Shown: piece by piece, positions 35,681 to 45,280 of the stretch
Numbering within the stretch: position 1 is the stretch's first letter
Layout: each line of letters opens with the position of its first letter
Source of the DNA: Chlamydiota bacterium
GTDB lineage: Bacteria > Chlamydiota > Chlamydiia > Chlamydiales > Rhabdochlamydiaceae
Assembly (NCBI GenBank): GCA_013288075.1
Contig: JABDCQ010000002.1
Coordinates: 32,447 to 96,446, forward strand
DNA: 64,000 bases
Direction: 5' to 3'
Translations under genes and position numbers: made by a program
Notes under the pieces: model-generated
What the model was told of the DNA's origin: nothing
What the model saw: the letters and a program-made list of their open reading frames with translations, nothing else
Databases searched by the model: none

Positions 35681-36135
35681 GTTTTAGTTGTTGTTTTGTT
35701 TGTTTTAGCCTTCATAGAGAATTTCCTTTATTTTATCCGTGAGTAATGCTCACTTTGGTTTAACGATTGTAATTATTATAAGGATCTGGAGTTGCGGCTT
35801 GTTCAATTCGCCTAGCAGCTTCGAAAACGTCGGCTATCCAATCGAGTATTTTGGGAATGTTTTTTACAACTTTCTTAATTTTTTTCCACATGGACTTACA
35901 TGGTTCTATTGTATCTTCTTGGAAACATCGAAAATCCAATCGTGTGTACTGAAAGAGACTGGATGCCCAAGCTCAAAAGAGGGAAGCAGTTCGGCAGACA
36001 TTTCATCGACGATAAGTTGTAGGCTATTCCTTATCTTTTCATAGAGTCTCTTTGCAGTTAATTGCTACAAAAAGTATCCATTTATAGGTTTATGCTCAAG
36101 AGATTAATTTTAAAAGAGACTTTGTTGTTAGTCCT

Positions 36136-37003
36136 CTATCTGATTTTCCAATCGTTGACGGGCATGTTTAATGGCTCTATGCAGCTTTTCCTGTAATACT
36201 TCCTTAGGGGCAGAGCGGTAAGATATTCGGCAACATGGATACCTGATTTGCCTAGCTCTAGAAGCTCAATGCGCTCTTGTTTTTTACCTGCACAGAGAAT
36301 TAGTCCCATGGGAGCTTCTTCCCCATGGAGGCGCTCGTATTTGTCAAGCCAGCGCAAGTAGAGCTCCATTTGGCCTTTGTGCTCGGGTTTAAAATCACCG
36401 AGCTTAATTTCAATAACGACAAGTCTTTTAAGGTCTCTATAAAAAAAGAGCAAATCAATGCGGAAATCTTCATCGTCAACCGTGATGCGTTTTTGGCGAG
36501 CAAGAAAACTAAAACCGGTACCAAACTCCAATAAAAACTGTTCGAGATCTCTCATAATAGCATCTTCAAGATCTTTTTCTATATATCGATCGTTGAGATT
36601 TAGAAATTCAAGTATATAAGGGTCGCGGAAGACAAGCTCTGGTGTTAAACGATCTTCATTGCGTAAAAGATCCACTTCAGCTCGAACCACTTCTTCTGGC
36701 TGTTTTGAAAGGGCTGTACGCTCATAGAGCATTGAATTAATTTTTTTACGCAAATCCCTTTCCATATTCCGCCACTAGTTGTTGCGATACAGTAGCAACG
36801 ATGTGTTGGCCGTATTGGGCTCGCCCTTCCTTAAGAAGTTCCCTGTGAATTCGATAGCCTATCTGCCAATAAAGCAAAGATAAGGTTGCATTTACAGTAG
36901 TAGCTACTGATTGACGAGCATCATTAATCATCTTTTTTAATTCGCTAAGAAACTCTTTAGAAGTTGTTGCTTTTACATTGCTGTCTTGGGTTTGGATGGT
37001 CAT
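36136..37003 (-). pseudogene. DUF1016/YhcG gene disrupted by an internal deletion and frameshift
   Basis: The N-terminal fragment (36746-37003) ends ...VAEYGKGFA-stop. The C-terminal fragment (36136-36765) starts in another frame at RDLRKKINSMLYERTALSK. The two ORFs overlap by 20 nt, and the central ~70 aa seen in the intact copy are missing. Confidence 0.65.
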
Positions 37004-37147
37004 ATAGAATTTCCTTGAAGTATACGTTCTGAAATATGTTTACTGAAGTTTTGGGTGATTTGGACATCGAGATGGGTGTAGCGTTCTAAGAGTTCTGTAA
37101 AGGTGTGCTGTTGCTTGTGCTGATCGAACTTGAATGTGCCAAGCTAT

Positions 37148-37480
37148 TTAAGAACTAAGCTGGTCTAATATCACATGCATTAGCAACACTAAGGCAAAAC
37201 AGAAAATAGGTATTACCCAACATAGGCGAACGACTTTGTAATAAGCCCTTGAATAACTGAAGCACATAAAAAAAAAGCTCAATGGCATTGCAAAAATGGG
37301 CAAGAGAGTAACGAAGCCAATCAATTTTTTCGTAAAAGAGGCATTGATTGAATTGACTCCTACAAATGGAGCAAAGAAGAAAAACAAAAATGGGAAAAGA
37401 AATAAATATGTAAAGCCCCAAACGATCATGCTAGATTTAGCTTTTTTCTGTGCAAGTGATGTTATATCTTCGGCAATCAT
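37148..37480 (-). CDS. Small polytopic membrane protein (paralogue of 37493-37837)
   Basis: 110 aa with 3-4 hydrophobic segments. It shares KAK..I.W...Y..L.P.L...P.S...SY..Y.K...W..P spacing with its neighbour. Confidence 0.5.
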   Translation of the reverse strand: MIAEDITSLAQKKAKSSMIVWGFTYLFLFPFLFFFFAPFVGVNSINASFTKKLIGFVTLLPIFAMPLSFFFMCFSYSRAYYKVVRLCWVIPIFCFALVLLMHVILDQLSS

Positions 37481-37492
37481 AATAAAGTTACG

Positions 37493-37837
37493 TTATAAAA
37501 ATTGAATTATAGGATCTACAGCCAATACAGCAATCAGAGTCAACCAAGGTACTGACCAGAAAAACAATGTTTTACTGTATTCTTTACACACATAGCTTGA
37601 CCACATAAGATCTATGCTTACAGGCAACGAAAGAGGGATTAATGAGATGGTAAAGATAATTGATAATCCCTTTGGGATTGATAAATGAGGATTATCAAAT
37701 ATCATAGCAGAAAGCAATGCAAAATAAGATAGAAGTGGCAAAAGCAGAACATAAATAATCGTCCAAATTACAGCACAAATCTTGGCTTTCCTTTTACGGT
37801 TTTGAATGGGTTCTGCCTTATTTTGACAGCTAGACAT
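37493..37837 (-). CDS. Small polytopic membrane protein (paralogue of 37148-37480)
   Basis: The ATG at 37837 overlaps the stop of the upstream 506-aa gene (ATGTCTAG). 3-4 hydrophobic segments. Confidence 0.5.
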   Translation of the reverse strand: MSSCQNKAEPIQNRKRKAKICAVIWTIIYVLLLPLLSYFALLSAMIFDNPHLSIPKGLSIIFTISLIPLSLPVSIDLMWSSYVCKEYSKTLFFWSVPWLTLIAVLAVDPIIQFL

Positions 37838-39350
37838 ACAGAAGCTCCTCTTCTTTTTCCTCAATCTTAGCTGCAAGTGAAGGGCGTACTGAAGGACTTC
37901 TATATTTTTCTATAAGCCGCTTAACTTCATTTTGATAGCATTCTCTGCAGAATTGATGCTCAACATAACAGTTTGGATCTGGATCTAATATTGTTATATT
38001 GCTAATTCTTTTCATGATGCTTTCATAGTGACTCATGCGTTGACTCATGAAACTCTCAAACACATGAGCGTCTACGGAATCAAGATAGAGTAATGCATCA
38101 TCCAAGGCCCATCTTTTAATGATGGCTCCTTGGCTTAAACCTTCTTTTATTCCAAGATATCTGTGTACGGCTAAAGATTGAAAATAGGGTGATCCCATAG
38201 ATGAAACTAGGTCGTTTTCGCTAGCAAAATTGTGGGAGTCGGGATGACAGCTATCAACCTCAAGAAATGATCCTCCTCCAAAAGTGAAAATGCGAATTTT
38301 TTGCCTTTCATTAATGTTTAATAGTTTTAAAGCATGCTCAGAAATAATTGCTCCTTGACTATGTGCAAATACGATAACTGGAGGTTGGGAATCTTCTTTG
38401 TTTGATAATGCAAGAAGATATCTTAAAAATTTAGCAGCCCAAGAAACAATAGGAGCATCAATTCCAATTTTTAAAGAAATGCATACTCCAACATCTTTTG
38501 CTCCAAGAATTAGAGAGTCATTTGGTAATGATAAAACCTCTTCTTCATTTGCATAGACAGAAATTAACTCTGCAGACTCTAATGCGCCTTCTCTCGAATT
38601 CAAAATGCCATTAATAAATCCCCAAATGCATTGACCTGATTTTTTCTTGCCAACGGTTCTCACTAGCGTTTCAATTTCTCCTTGAATTGGAGAAATTGCT
38701 TCTTCAGGGATTTGCACATTCCAAATACAGTGGCTAGGCCTGGAGCGTAAATGTTCAGAATCATTTTTGTGACGAACAATTACTGCATCTAGTCGATTCG
38801 TTTTCACCCATTCCATAGCCTCTTTCTTTGATAAGACGAGATCTGTTCCTATCAAGTAGGTGTCTTCCAAATCACCATTTTCTATCTTTGCGGTAATCTT
38901 CGGCAGAACGCATGTTTCTTCATTTCCAATCAATTCATATCCGCATGATTTTTCAATGACTTTTAGTAGTTTTTGAAGTTCTATATCCGTAAAGGATTTG
39001 AGTTTTTTTTCTATAGGCACAGGTATGCAACTACTTAACTTTGCAGCAAAAGCGTCGGTATTTTTGGGATGGTAATGTTCTGCTATTGCCTGGACAGTTG
39101 CATTGTAATACTTTTTGGAATGAAGCCAAGCTGAAAGTGCCTTATGACCTTGCTCTGGATAGGAAAAAATTGCAAAACCGTGACAAGAGCCTATTGAACC
39201 ATTGCTTCTTGCAAAATGACTGTGACTTTTTACTAATCCAGGATTATTTATCCGCCACGATAAATTTCCTCCTCTACGAATATGCTTATTGCCACATTTA
39301 TCAAAGTAGAGGATTGTTTTTTCATCTTGTGGGCATGCTATTCGATACAT
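37830..39350 (-). CDS. Multidomain protein with a C-terminal lipase/esterase-like alpha/beta-hydrolase domain
   Basis: VIVFAHSQGAIISEHA (GxSxG-type AHSQG) follows WGFINGILNS. The N-terminus has WRINNPG...GFAIFSYPEQGHKALSAWL. The middle segment VLSKKEAMEWVKTNRLDAVIVRHKNDSEHLRSRP is reminiscent of DUF3892. Confidence 0.6.
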   Translation of the reverse strand: MYRIACPQDEKTILYFDKCGNKHIRRGGNLSWRINNPGLVKSHSHFARSNGSIGSCHGFAIFSYPEQGHKALSAWLHSKKYYNATVQAIAEHYHPKNTDAFAAKLSSCIPVPIEKKLKSFTDIELQKLLKVIEKSCGYELIGNEETCVLPKITAKIENGDLEDTYLIGTDLVLSKKEAMEWVKTNRLDAVIVRHKNDSEHLRSRPSHCIWNVQIPEEAISPIQGEIETLVRTVGKKKSGQCIWGFINGILNSREGALESAELISVYANEEEVLSLPNDSLILGAKDVGVCISLKIGIDAPIVSWAAKFLRYLLALSNKEDSQPPVIVFAHSQGAIISEHALKLLNINERQKIRIFTFGGGSFLEVDSCHPDSHNFASENDLVSSMGSPYFQSLAVHRYLGIKEGLSQGAIIKRWALDDALLYLDSVDAHVFESFMSQRMSHYESIMKRISNITILDPDPNCYVEHQFCRECYQNEVKRLIEKYRSPSVRPSLAAKIEEKEEELLYV

Positions 39351-39462
39351 TTCTATTTCCTTTATTCGACCCGTTTTGGCAGTGTGTTTTTGGGAAGCAG
39401 ATCAAAACAATCAACCAACTTTTTTTATCTAAATACCTCGTATACAAGAACTTGGGAAAAAG

Positions 39463-39536
<74 letters not shown>

Positions 39537-39555
39537 CTAGAAGAGATGGGTTATC

Positions 39556-40551
39556 TTATATATGATTGGGGGTGGAAAAGGCAAGGCCTTTTTTTAGGAG
39601 GGGGAGGGTGAAGGCGAGGAAGGTTGTAGTGTCGGGATGTTGGGAGGTGAGGATCGATTGGCGCAGTTCGAGGAGGGGGGGATTGGCCTTAAAGAGGAAG
39701 CCCATGAGTTGTTTGAGTTTGTTGACTTTGATTCGATCCGCAACTTCGGGGATAAGGCCTGCGGTGTAGGCATCGAGGTAGGTGGCGAGGTTTTCCCAAG
39801 AGGGTGTGTAAGAGGTGCCTGCAAAGTGCGCGCGGATTTCGTGGAAGATAAAGGGGTTGATGACGCTTCCTCTGCCTATCATGAGGGCGTCGCAGCGGGT
39901 GGTTTTTAGCATGTTTAGGGCGTCTTGTACATTGAGGATATCGCCATTGCCAACGACGGGGATGTGAAGGAGGGATTTGGCTTCTGCGATAAGGTCCCAG
40001 CGGGCGGGCGGGCCATAGCCATCGACTTTTGTGCGGGGGTGGAGGATGATGTAGCGAGCGCCGCTTTCCTCTGCTGCCAAAAGGTTTTCTTTAAAAAGAG
40101 AGATATCGTCAAAGCCCGAGCGCATTTTGATGGTTACGGGAACGGAGACGGAGGACACAAGGGCTTTTGCTACTTCGTAAAGGGAAGAGGGTTCCTTAAG
40201 GAGGCTTGAGCCGGCGCCTCTTCCTGTGACTGTATTTGAGGGACAGCCGCAGTTGAGGTTGATGTGGTGGGCTCCTCTTTTTTCAATTTCTTTGCCCATA
40301 GCAGCAATGGTTTCGGGCTCTGATCCCATAAGTTGAGCTGCAAGGGGAATGGGAGAGAGTTCATTGCTTTGGTAGGCAAGAGCAAGGCTTTCGACATGGG
40401 CGTTTTTAGGAACGCGCAGAAAGTCGGCGATGGCTTCATCAAAGCCTCCTACTGTAGCCATAGCTTTACGAAAGCAGCGGTCTCCGACTCCTTCCATAGG
40501 AGCTAGCATAAGGTAGGGGCAACCGTTTGGGTCTTGAGGAAGAATGTTCAT
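39556..40551 (-). CDS. dus: tRNA-dihydrouridine synthase
   Basis: MLAPMEGVGDRCFR, INLNCGCP and the Dus family pattern RSGFDD...HPRT. The gene is conspicuously richer in G+C than its surroundings. Confidence 0.8.
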   Translation of the reverse strand: MNILPQDPNGCPYLMLAPMEGVGDRCFRKAMATVGGFDEAIADFLRVPKNAHVESLALAYQSNELSPIPLAAQLMGSEPETIAAMGKEIEKRGAHHINLNCGCPSNTVTGRGAGSSLLKEPSSLYEVAKALVSSVSVPVTIKMRSGFDDISLFKENLLAAEESGARYIILHPRTKVDGYGPPARWDLIAEAKSLLHIPVVGNGDILNVQDALNMLKTTRCDALMIGRGSVINPFIFHEIRAHFAGTSYTPSWENLATYLDAYTAGLIPEVADRIKVNKLKQLMGFLFKANPPLLELRQSILTSQHPDTTTFLAFTLPLLKKGLAFSTPNHI

Positions 40552-40749
40552 GGCAAAGATTATATCAGAACAAAGAATCAAAAATAATTAAAATAATTTT
40601 TGCACATAATCTTTTCTTTGATTATAGGATGAAGAAAGAAGGTGATAATGCGTAAAAAGTTGGAAATGCTCCGTTTTGTACTTTTGTCTCTACTGAAAAA
40701 TTGTTCTTTTCTATCGACTTTCAAATTTTCTTTTCTTGTGCGCTCTATC

Positions 40750-42039
40750 ATGCGCCTTTTATTCTTAAGAAAGTGTGTGTCTCTAATGCTCATCTCGGGG
40801 TTTATCTTTGGAACTCTTTATGCCGATGAACTTGGAGGGGATTTCGAAGATATCGATAATGCTGATGAACTTCTTACAATTCCCCCTGAATATGATGATG
40901 ATGAAGAGTATGCAGAGTGCGGAAGTGATAATGAAAGAGTGCGCGCAGATAGTTTACCTATCGACAGTTTTGAAGGGTCTTGCGAGCTTTATCTAGAAGG
41001 GTATATTCAGGCGCTTGTCGATGTGCATTATTACGAATTCCAAGTGGTTGTATCGGTAAGAGATAATACGGTGTATTTGGCAAATCTTCCTAACAATGAC
41101 CTCATTGCTAGCAGTATTATTTCGTTTGTTCAGGATTTACCCGATGTTTGCGATGTGGAAGTACGATGTGAAATGACAGAGGAGGAAAAGGCGATTCGTG
41201 AGGAGTATGTTGGAAAGCCTCAAGTGAATGGGATTTGGTTTCCTCAGTCTACAGTGCTTTTCTTGCCTCTTATTGCAGATCCAAGACAACCTATAAACTC
41301 AGCAAATTTAAGATTCGGGGATAAAATTGCGGGATATCAGGCCGTCGCTGTTTCTTTAGGCGATGACTTTCCTATTTTCCGCTGGAGAGATGTGCTTCCT
41401 TGGCATGGTGATATGCAAATAGGAATTGAAGCGGGAATCTGGGCGATTTTTAATTTTAAAGACAAGCCTCATAATGATAATGGAGATGTGTGCAAGCTTG
41501 TTAATACAGATTATTTTGTAGGGATTCCTTTAACATATGCTTTTGATAAGTGGTCGTTTAGATTGCGCGGTTACCATATTTCTTCTCACTTGGGCGATGA
41601 ATTTTTATGTGAAGCTCCTGACTGGGTAAAGAAGCGTACAAATCCAAGCTTTGAAGCCATTGACTTTTTCACCTCTTACCAATTTTCTTCAGGGCTTAGA
41701 GGCTATTTTGGTCCAGGGGTGATTGTGCATAGCGACAAATCGTTTAAGTTAAAACCTCTTTATGTTGAGTATGGAATGGAGCTTCGCATGTTTGGACGAA
41801 AGCTTTATTATCATAAACTCTATGGCACACCTTTTTTTGCGATGAACTTAGAAAACTGGCAGCAGCATGGGTGGTCGCTTGATTCTACATACATGATTGG
41901 CTATGAGTGGAGTAAGCTTCAAGGGATTGGACGCAAAATGCGCCTTTATGGAGAATACCACCAAGGCTTTTCCTATGAAGGTCAATTCTTCAACGAGCGC
42001 GTCAAATACGCCCAGCTCGGCTTCTCCTGGGGCTTCTAA
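40750..42039 (+). CDS. Putative outer-membrane protein (DUF1207-like, chlamydial type)
   Basis: Signal peptide MRLLFLRKCVSLMLISGFIFGTLYA, an acidic linker and a BON-like segment. The C-terminal half is beta-rich and ends QLGFSWGF. The DUF1207 assignment is from memory only. Confidence 0.5.
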   Translation: MRLLFLRKCVSLMLISGFIFGTLYADELGGDFEDIDNADELLTIPPEYDDDEEYAECGSDNERVRADSLPIDSFEGSCELYLEGYIQALVDVHYYEFQVVVSVRDNTVYLANLPNNDLIASSIISFVQDLPDVCDVEVRCEMTEEEKAIREEYVGKPQVNGIWFPQSTVLFLPLIADPRQPINSANLRFGDKIAGYQAVAVSLGDDFPIFRWRDVLPWHGDMQIGIEAGIWAIFNFKDKPHNDNGDVCKLVNTDYFVGIPLTYAFDKWSFRLRGYHISSHLGDEFLCEAPDWVKKRTNPSFEAIDFFTSYQFSSGLRGYFGPGVIVHSDKSFKLKPLYVEYGMELRMFGRKLYYHKLYGTPFFAMNLENWQQHGWSLDSTYMIGYEWSKLQGIGRKMRLYGEYHQGFSYEGQFFNERVKYAQLGFSWGF

Positions 42040-42054
42040 CAGGAGGAAACCAGA

Positions 42055-42213
42055 AAGATAAAATTCTCTCTTTTTCTTCCTCTGTGTGCTCTGTGATCTC
42101 TGTGGTAAAAAAAATGCCAACACGTTAGATGCAATGTTCTGCGATAAATTTTTACCACAGAGATCACAGAGCACACAGAGGAAGAAAAAGAGAGAGGGAG
42201 AGAAACCCTCTCT
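42055..42213. repeat. Family-B palindromic intergenic element, copy 2 (loop inverted relative to copy 1)
   Basis: Arms CTCTGTGTGCTCTGTGATCTCTGTGGTAAAAA and TTTTTACCACAGAGATCACAGAGCACACAGAG. It exactly fills the gap between two convergent genes. Confidence 0.85.
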
Positions 42214-42214
42214 G

Positions 42215-44326
42215 TTAGAGGACAAAGCCTTCGGGGTAGATGGGGCCGTCTTTGCCAATTTTTAGGGTGTTGTTGAAGAACTTGCGGTAGATGTTAAGGG
42301 CTTGCTTAGCATTTTGGACACAGAAAAAGCAATTAGAGACCCACTCTGAGCCTACAATCGTGCCGCTCTCTTGGTTGCACTGGAAAATGGGTGTGATCTT
42401 TTGTTTCCAGTATTCAGGATCGCCAAAGAGAAGGACGGGAGTAGCTGAAACAGAGCCCACTTTCCTTCTGACTTCTTCAAGAGCAAATTCAAAATCGGTT
42501 CCAATGCCTCCTATGAGAAAAATGGGAAAGTCTAGGTTGAATTCAGCTTGTCTTTCGACGAGTCTATCAAGCCGGTAAGTCATTTTGGCATCGATATAGG
42601 GGTTTTGCTTTTGTTCGTTTACAACACTTGTTTTATGTCCTTTAAAGTCGGCGATATTCGCGCAGGAAAGAATATTTAATGAACGCGCTACTTTATTGCC
42701 AAGTTCCATAACGCCTGGGCCGCCGCCTGTTACAAGCGTAATAGGGGTATGTTTATTAAGCAGAAGGTGCGTAACTTCATTTTTGAGCTCTAAGATCCCT
42801 TTCATCAGAGCTAGAAGTTCTTTTTCGAACGTTCCTTCTGTAAGGTTTGAGCCGTAGAGTCCAAAGGTTGTAGCGTTAATAAAGGTTTCTACTTGGGCAA
42901 GAGGCACAAACATGCCGGAATCTTTACCGGGCTTAACAATATATTTCAGAATCTTTTTTGTGGAGGTATCGGCCCAAAAAACAGGGATGCCAAATTTGGA
43001 AAGATCTAGAAGAAAGGATCTGTCTTCATGCGAGAAAAAATCGCCATAAGTATGAGAAGGAAATTGGAAGTAAATCCCTTTAAGGCATTTTTGAACAAGG
43101 GTGCCAAAAAGAATTTTTTTCATAAGAGGTGAAGGGAAGTATCTGCAGAAAAGAACGCCTTGGCTTGTAATAAGGCCCTCTTCCATGCTTTTTAAAAAGG
43201 GATAGGCTGCTTGCTGCTCGATATAGCGCTCTGCAAGAAGGCCTTGGGTTTCTGGGTGGGCAAGACCGGGGAAATCGTAGGGGTGAGGCTCTCTTGTAAT
43301 CCAGTCGCTCGGGGTGAGATTTAGAAACTGCTCTCCTTTAACAATAAAAACAGCGCACGATTTGTGTGAGGGTCCAGGCGCTGTACTAAATGCTTTAAAC
43401 ACATCTTCTGTATTTTCAAGGCAGCTTTGAAGTTGATCTCTATCGGAGAAGTAGATGTACTCTCTATGAGGCTCTAAGGTATAAAATTCTAGGGGAATTC
43501 TTTCGATTTCTTCTCTAGAGGATCCAAAAAATTCGTAAATATTTCCAGATGCTTTTGTTTCAGGGGCCAAAATGGAGGCTGCTGTGTGTTCATAACCTTG
43601 CGGTAGAAGCGAGTGAATGACTTTTCCAAACACTGTACGCACATGTAAAGGCTCTGTACGTACAAGAAGAATCTTTTTTTCCTGAAGTTTTTTTTCTTGG
43701 CCTGGATTCCATTTTTGACTTAGAGGAAGAAGCTCTCTTGTTTTGAATTTTTTATCGTGAAGGGCTTTTTCCAAAATGGGTAAAAATCCAAAAATTTCGT
43801 CCTCATAGGTTACAACGCCTTTTAAAAGAGGCAGAAAAGCTACTACTCTTCCCTCTATCTTTTCTAGGAAAAGTCCTTCTTTTTCAATCATGCCGCCAAA
43901 GGATAATAGAGGAGAGCCTAATCTGTCTGCTCTTCCAAACATACGCAGTAAATAATCCGGGTCTTTGACTTTGCGTCTTGGATCTTGTGCAAAAAGCTTT
44001 CCGATATAGGCGCCTTTTGTTAATAATTCAAGCAGTCTTAGGGCAATGCTTCCATAAGCAATAAGATGAAGTTTTATCTCTGCTGTTTTGTGCACGGGAT
44101 CTAAAAGAGATTCTAGGGAAATAGCATGGAGGCCTATTTGGCCAAGCGTGCTTTTAAGGTCGAAAATCACAAGAGAGGGATCAATCTTAAAGCCGACAAA
44201 TGCGGGAGAAATATTTTCTATAAGAATGCTTATTTCAAGTTTTGCGGGATCGATTTTTTTTATTTGGGTGATTTTCCCATCAGGTGTAACTAAGTCGTAA
44301 TGATCAGAAAAAAGATAGCTTTCCAT
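42215..44326 (-). CDS. Large protein with a C-terminal LOG/TIGR00730-type (PpnN-like) nucleotide-binding domain
   Basis: TGGGPGVMELGNKVA and PIFLIGGIGTDFEFALEE lie in the last ~200 aa. I did not recognise the N-terminal ~480 aa. Confidence 0.6.
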   Translation of the reverse strand: MESYLFSDHYDLVTPDGKITQIKKIDPAKLEISILIENISPAFVGFKIDPSLVIFDLKSTLGQIGLHAISLESLLDPVHKTAEIKLHLIAYGSIALRLLELLTKGAYIGKLFAQDPRRKVKDPDYLLRMFGRADRLGSPLLSFGGMIEKEGLFLEKIEGRVVAFLPLLKGVVTYEDEIFGFLPILEKALHDKKFKTRELLPLSQKWNPGQEKKLQEKKILLVRTEPLHVRTVFGKVIHSLLPQGYEHTAASILAPETKASGNIYEFFGSSREEIERIPLEFYTLEPHREYIYFSDRDQLQSCLENTEDVFKAFSTAPGPSHKSCAVFIVKGEQFLNLTPSDWITREPHPYDFPGLAHPETQGLLAERYIEQQAAYPFLKSMEEGLITSQGVLFCRYFPSPLMKKILFGTLVQKCLKGIYFQFPSHTYGDFFSHEDRSFLLDLSKFGIPVFWADTSTKKILKYIVKPGKDSGMFVPLAQVETFINATTFGLYGSNLTEGTFEKELLALMKGILELKNEVTHLLLNKHTPITLVTGGGPGVMELGNKVARSLNILSCANIADFKGHKTSVVNEQKQNPYIDAKMTYRLDRLVERQAEFNLDFPIFLIGGIGTDFEFALEEVRRKVGSVSATPVLLFGDPEYWKQKITPIFQCNQESGTIVGSEWVSNCFFCVQNAKQALNIYRKFFNNTLKIGKDGPIYPEGFVL

Positions 44327-44398
44327 AGGTACCAGAGTATATCTTGAGTATTTATCAAAGAGTCTTTAAAATGTCATTCTTTTTGGGAGGTCGGTTTT

Positions 44399-45280
44399 AT
44401 GCATACGCACATTATTCCACGTAGTCTAGGTGTTCATGATGGGACTTTCCATGCAGATGAGGTGAGCGCTGCAGCTCTTCTTTTGCTTTTTAATCTTATT
44501 GATAAAGATAAGATTATCCGCACAAGAGACGGGGAAAAACTTAAGAATTGCGAATATGTTTGCGATGTGGGAGGGATTTATGATCCTGCTTTAAAACGCT
44601 TTGACCATCACCAAGCAGAATATACAGGCGATTTTAGCAGCGCCGGAATGATTCTTAAGTATTTAAAAGACCAAAAAATTCTTGATGAGATCACCTATAA
44701 ATTTTTCAATCATTCGCTGATTTTAGGTGTGGATGCTCATGATAACGGGAGGGTGACATATGATTTAGGCTGGTGCAGCTTTTCTCATGTCATTTCAAAT
44801 TTTGTTCCCATAGCCTACGATGCGACATCCGAGGAGCAGACGGCCTCTTTTTTTCAGGCGCTTGATTTTGTCTTTGGGCATTTAACAAGGCTTCTAGAAA
44901 GGTTTCGCTACATTCAAAGCTGTAAAGAGAAAGTAGCCAAAGCTATGCAGGAAAGGAAACAGTATCTAGTCTTTGAAGAGGCTATTCCTTGGTTAGAAAG
45001 CTTTTTTGAGCTTGGTGGAGAAAAACATCCTGCGCTATTTGTGATTATGCCTGCTGGCGAGCATTTTAAATTAAGGGCTATTCCTCCTAATTTAAAACAA
45101 AGAATGCAGGTGAGAAAGCCTCTTCCTGCTGAATGGGCCGGGCTTCTTGATGAAGAATTAAAAAGAGTAAGTGGTATTTCTGGAGCTGTTTTTTGCCATA
45201 AAGGACGTTTTGTCTCTGTTTGGGAAACAAAAGAAGATGTTATGCAAGCGTTAAAATATGTATTGGGTATAAAGGAATGA
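44399..45280 (+). CDS. MYG1/UPF0160-family metal-dependent hydrolase
   Basis: GTFHADEVSAAALL, DVGGIYDP and FDHHQ. Confidence 0.75.
   Translation: MHTHIIPRSLGVHDGTFHADEVSAAALLLLFNLIDKDKIIRTRDGEKLKNCEYVCDVGGIYDPALKRFDHHQAEYTGDFSSAGMILKYLKDQKILDEITYKFFNHSLILGVDAHDNGRVTYDLGWCSFSHVISNFVPIAYDATSEEQTASFFQALDFVFGHLTRLLERFRYIQSCKEKVAKAMQERKQYLVFEEAIPWLESFFELGGEKHPALFVIMPAGEHFKLRAIPPNLKQRMQVRKPLPAEWAGLLDEELKRVSGISGAVFCHKGRFVSVWETKEDVMQALKYVLGIKE

Noticed and set aside
35739-36044. Track ORF of 101 aa between the DHFR-like gene and the DUF1016 pseudogene
   Set aside because: Its composition is hydrophobic and low-complexity, it has no RBS and no similarity. The region is more likely non-coding debris of the eroding island.
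37004-37147. Start-less minus-strand frame ..FKFDQHKQQHTFTELLERYTHLDVQITQNFSKHISER.., considered as an integrase N-terminal remnant
   Set aside because: Only the short TFxELxERY-like stretch resembles integrase arm-binding or SAM-like regions. There is no catalytic-domain remnant nearby, so this is too weak to call.
39566-40442. Six overlapping track ORFs on both strands inside the dus gene
   Set aside because: Long spurious ORFs are expected in a locally GC-rich segment. Only the 39556-40551 minus frame carries recognisable Dus motifs.
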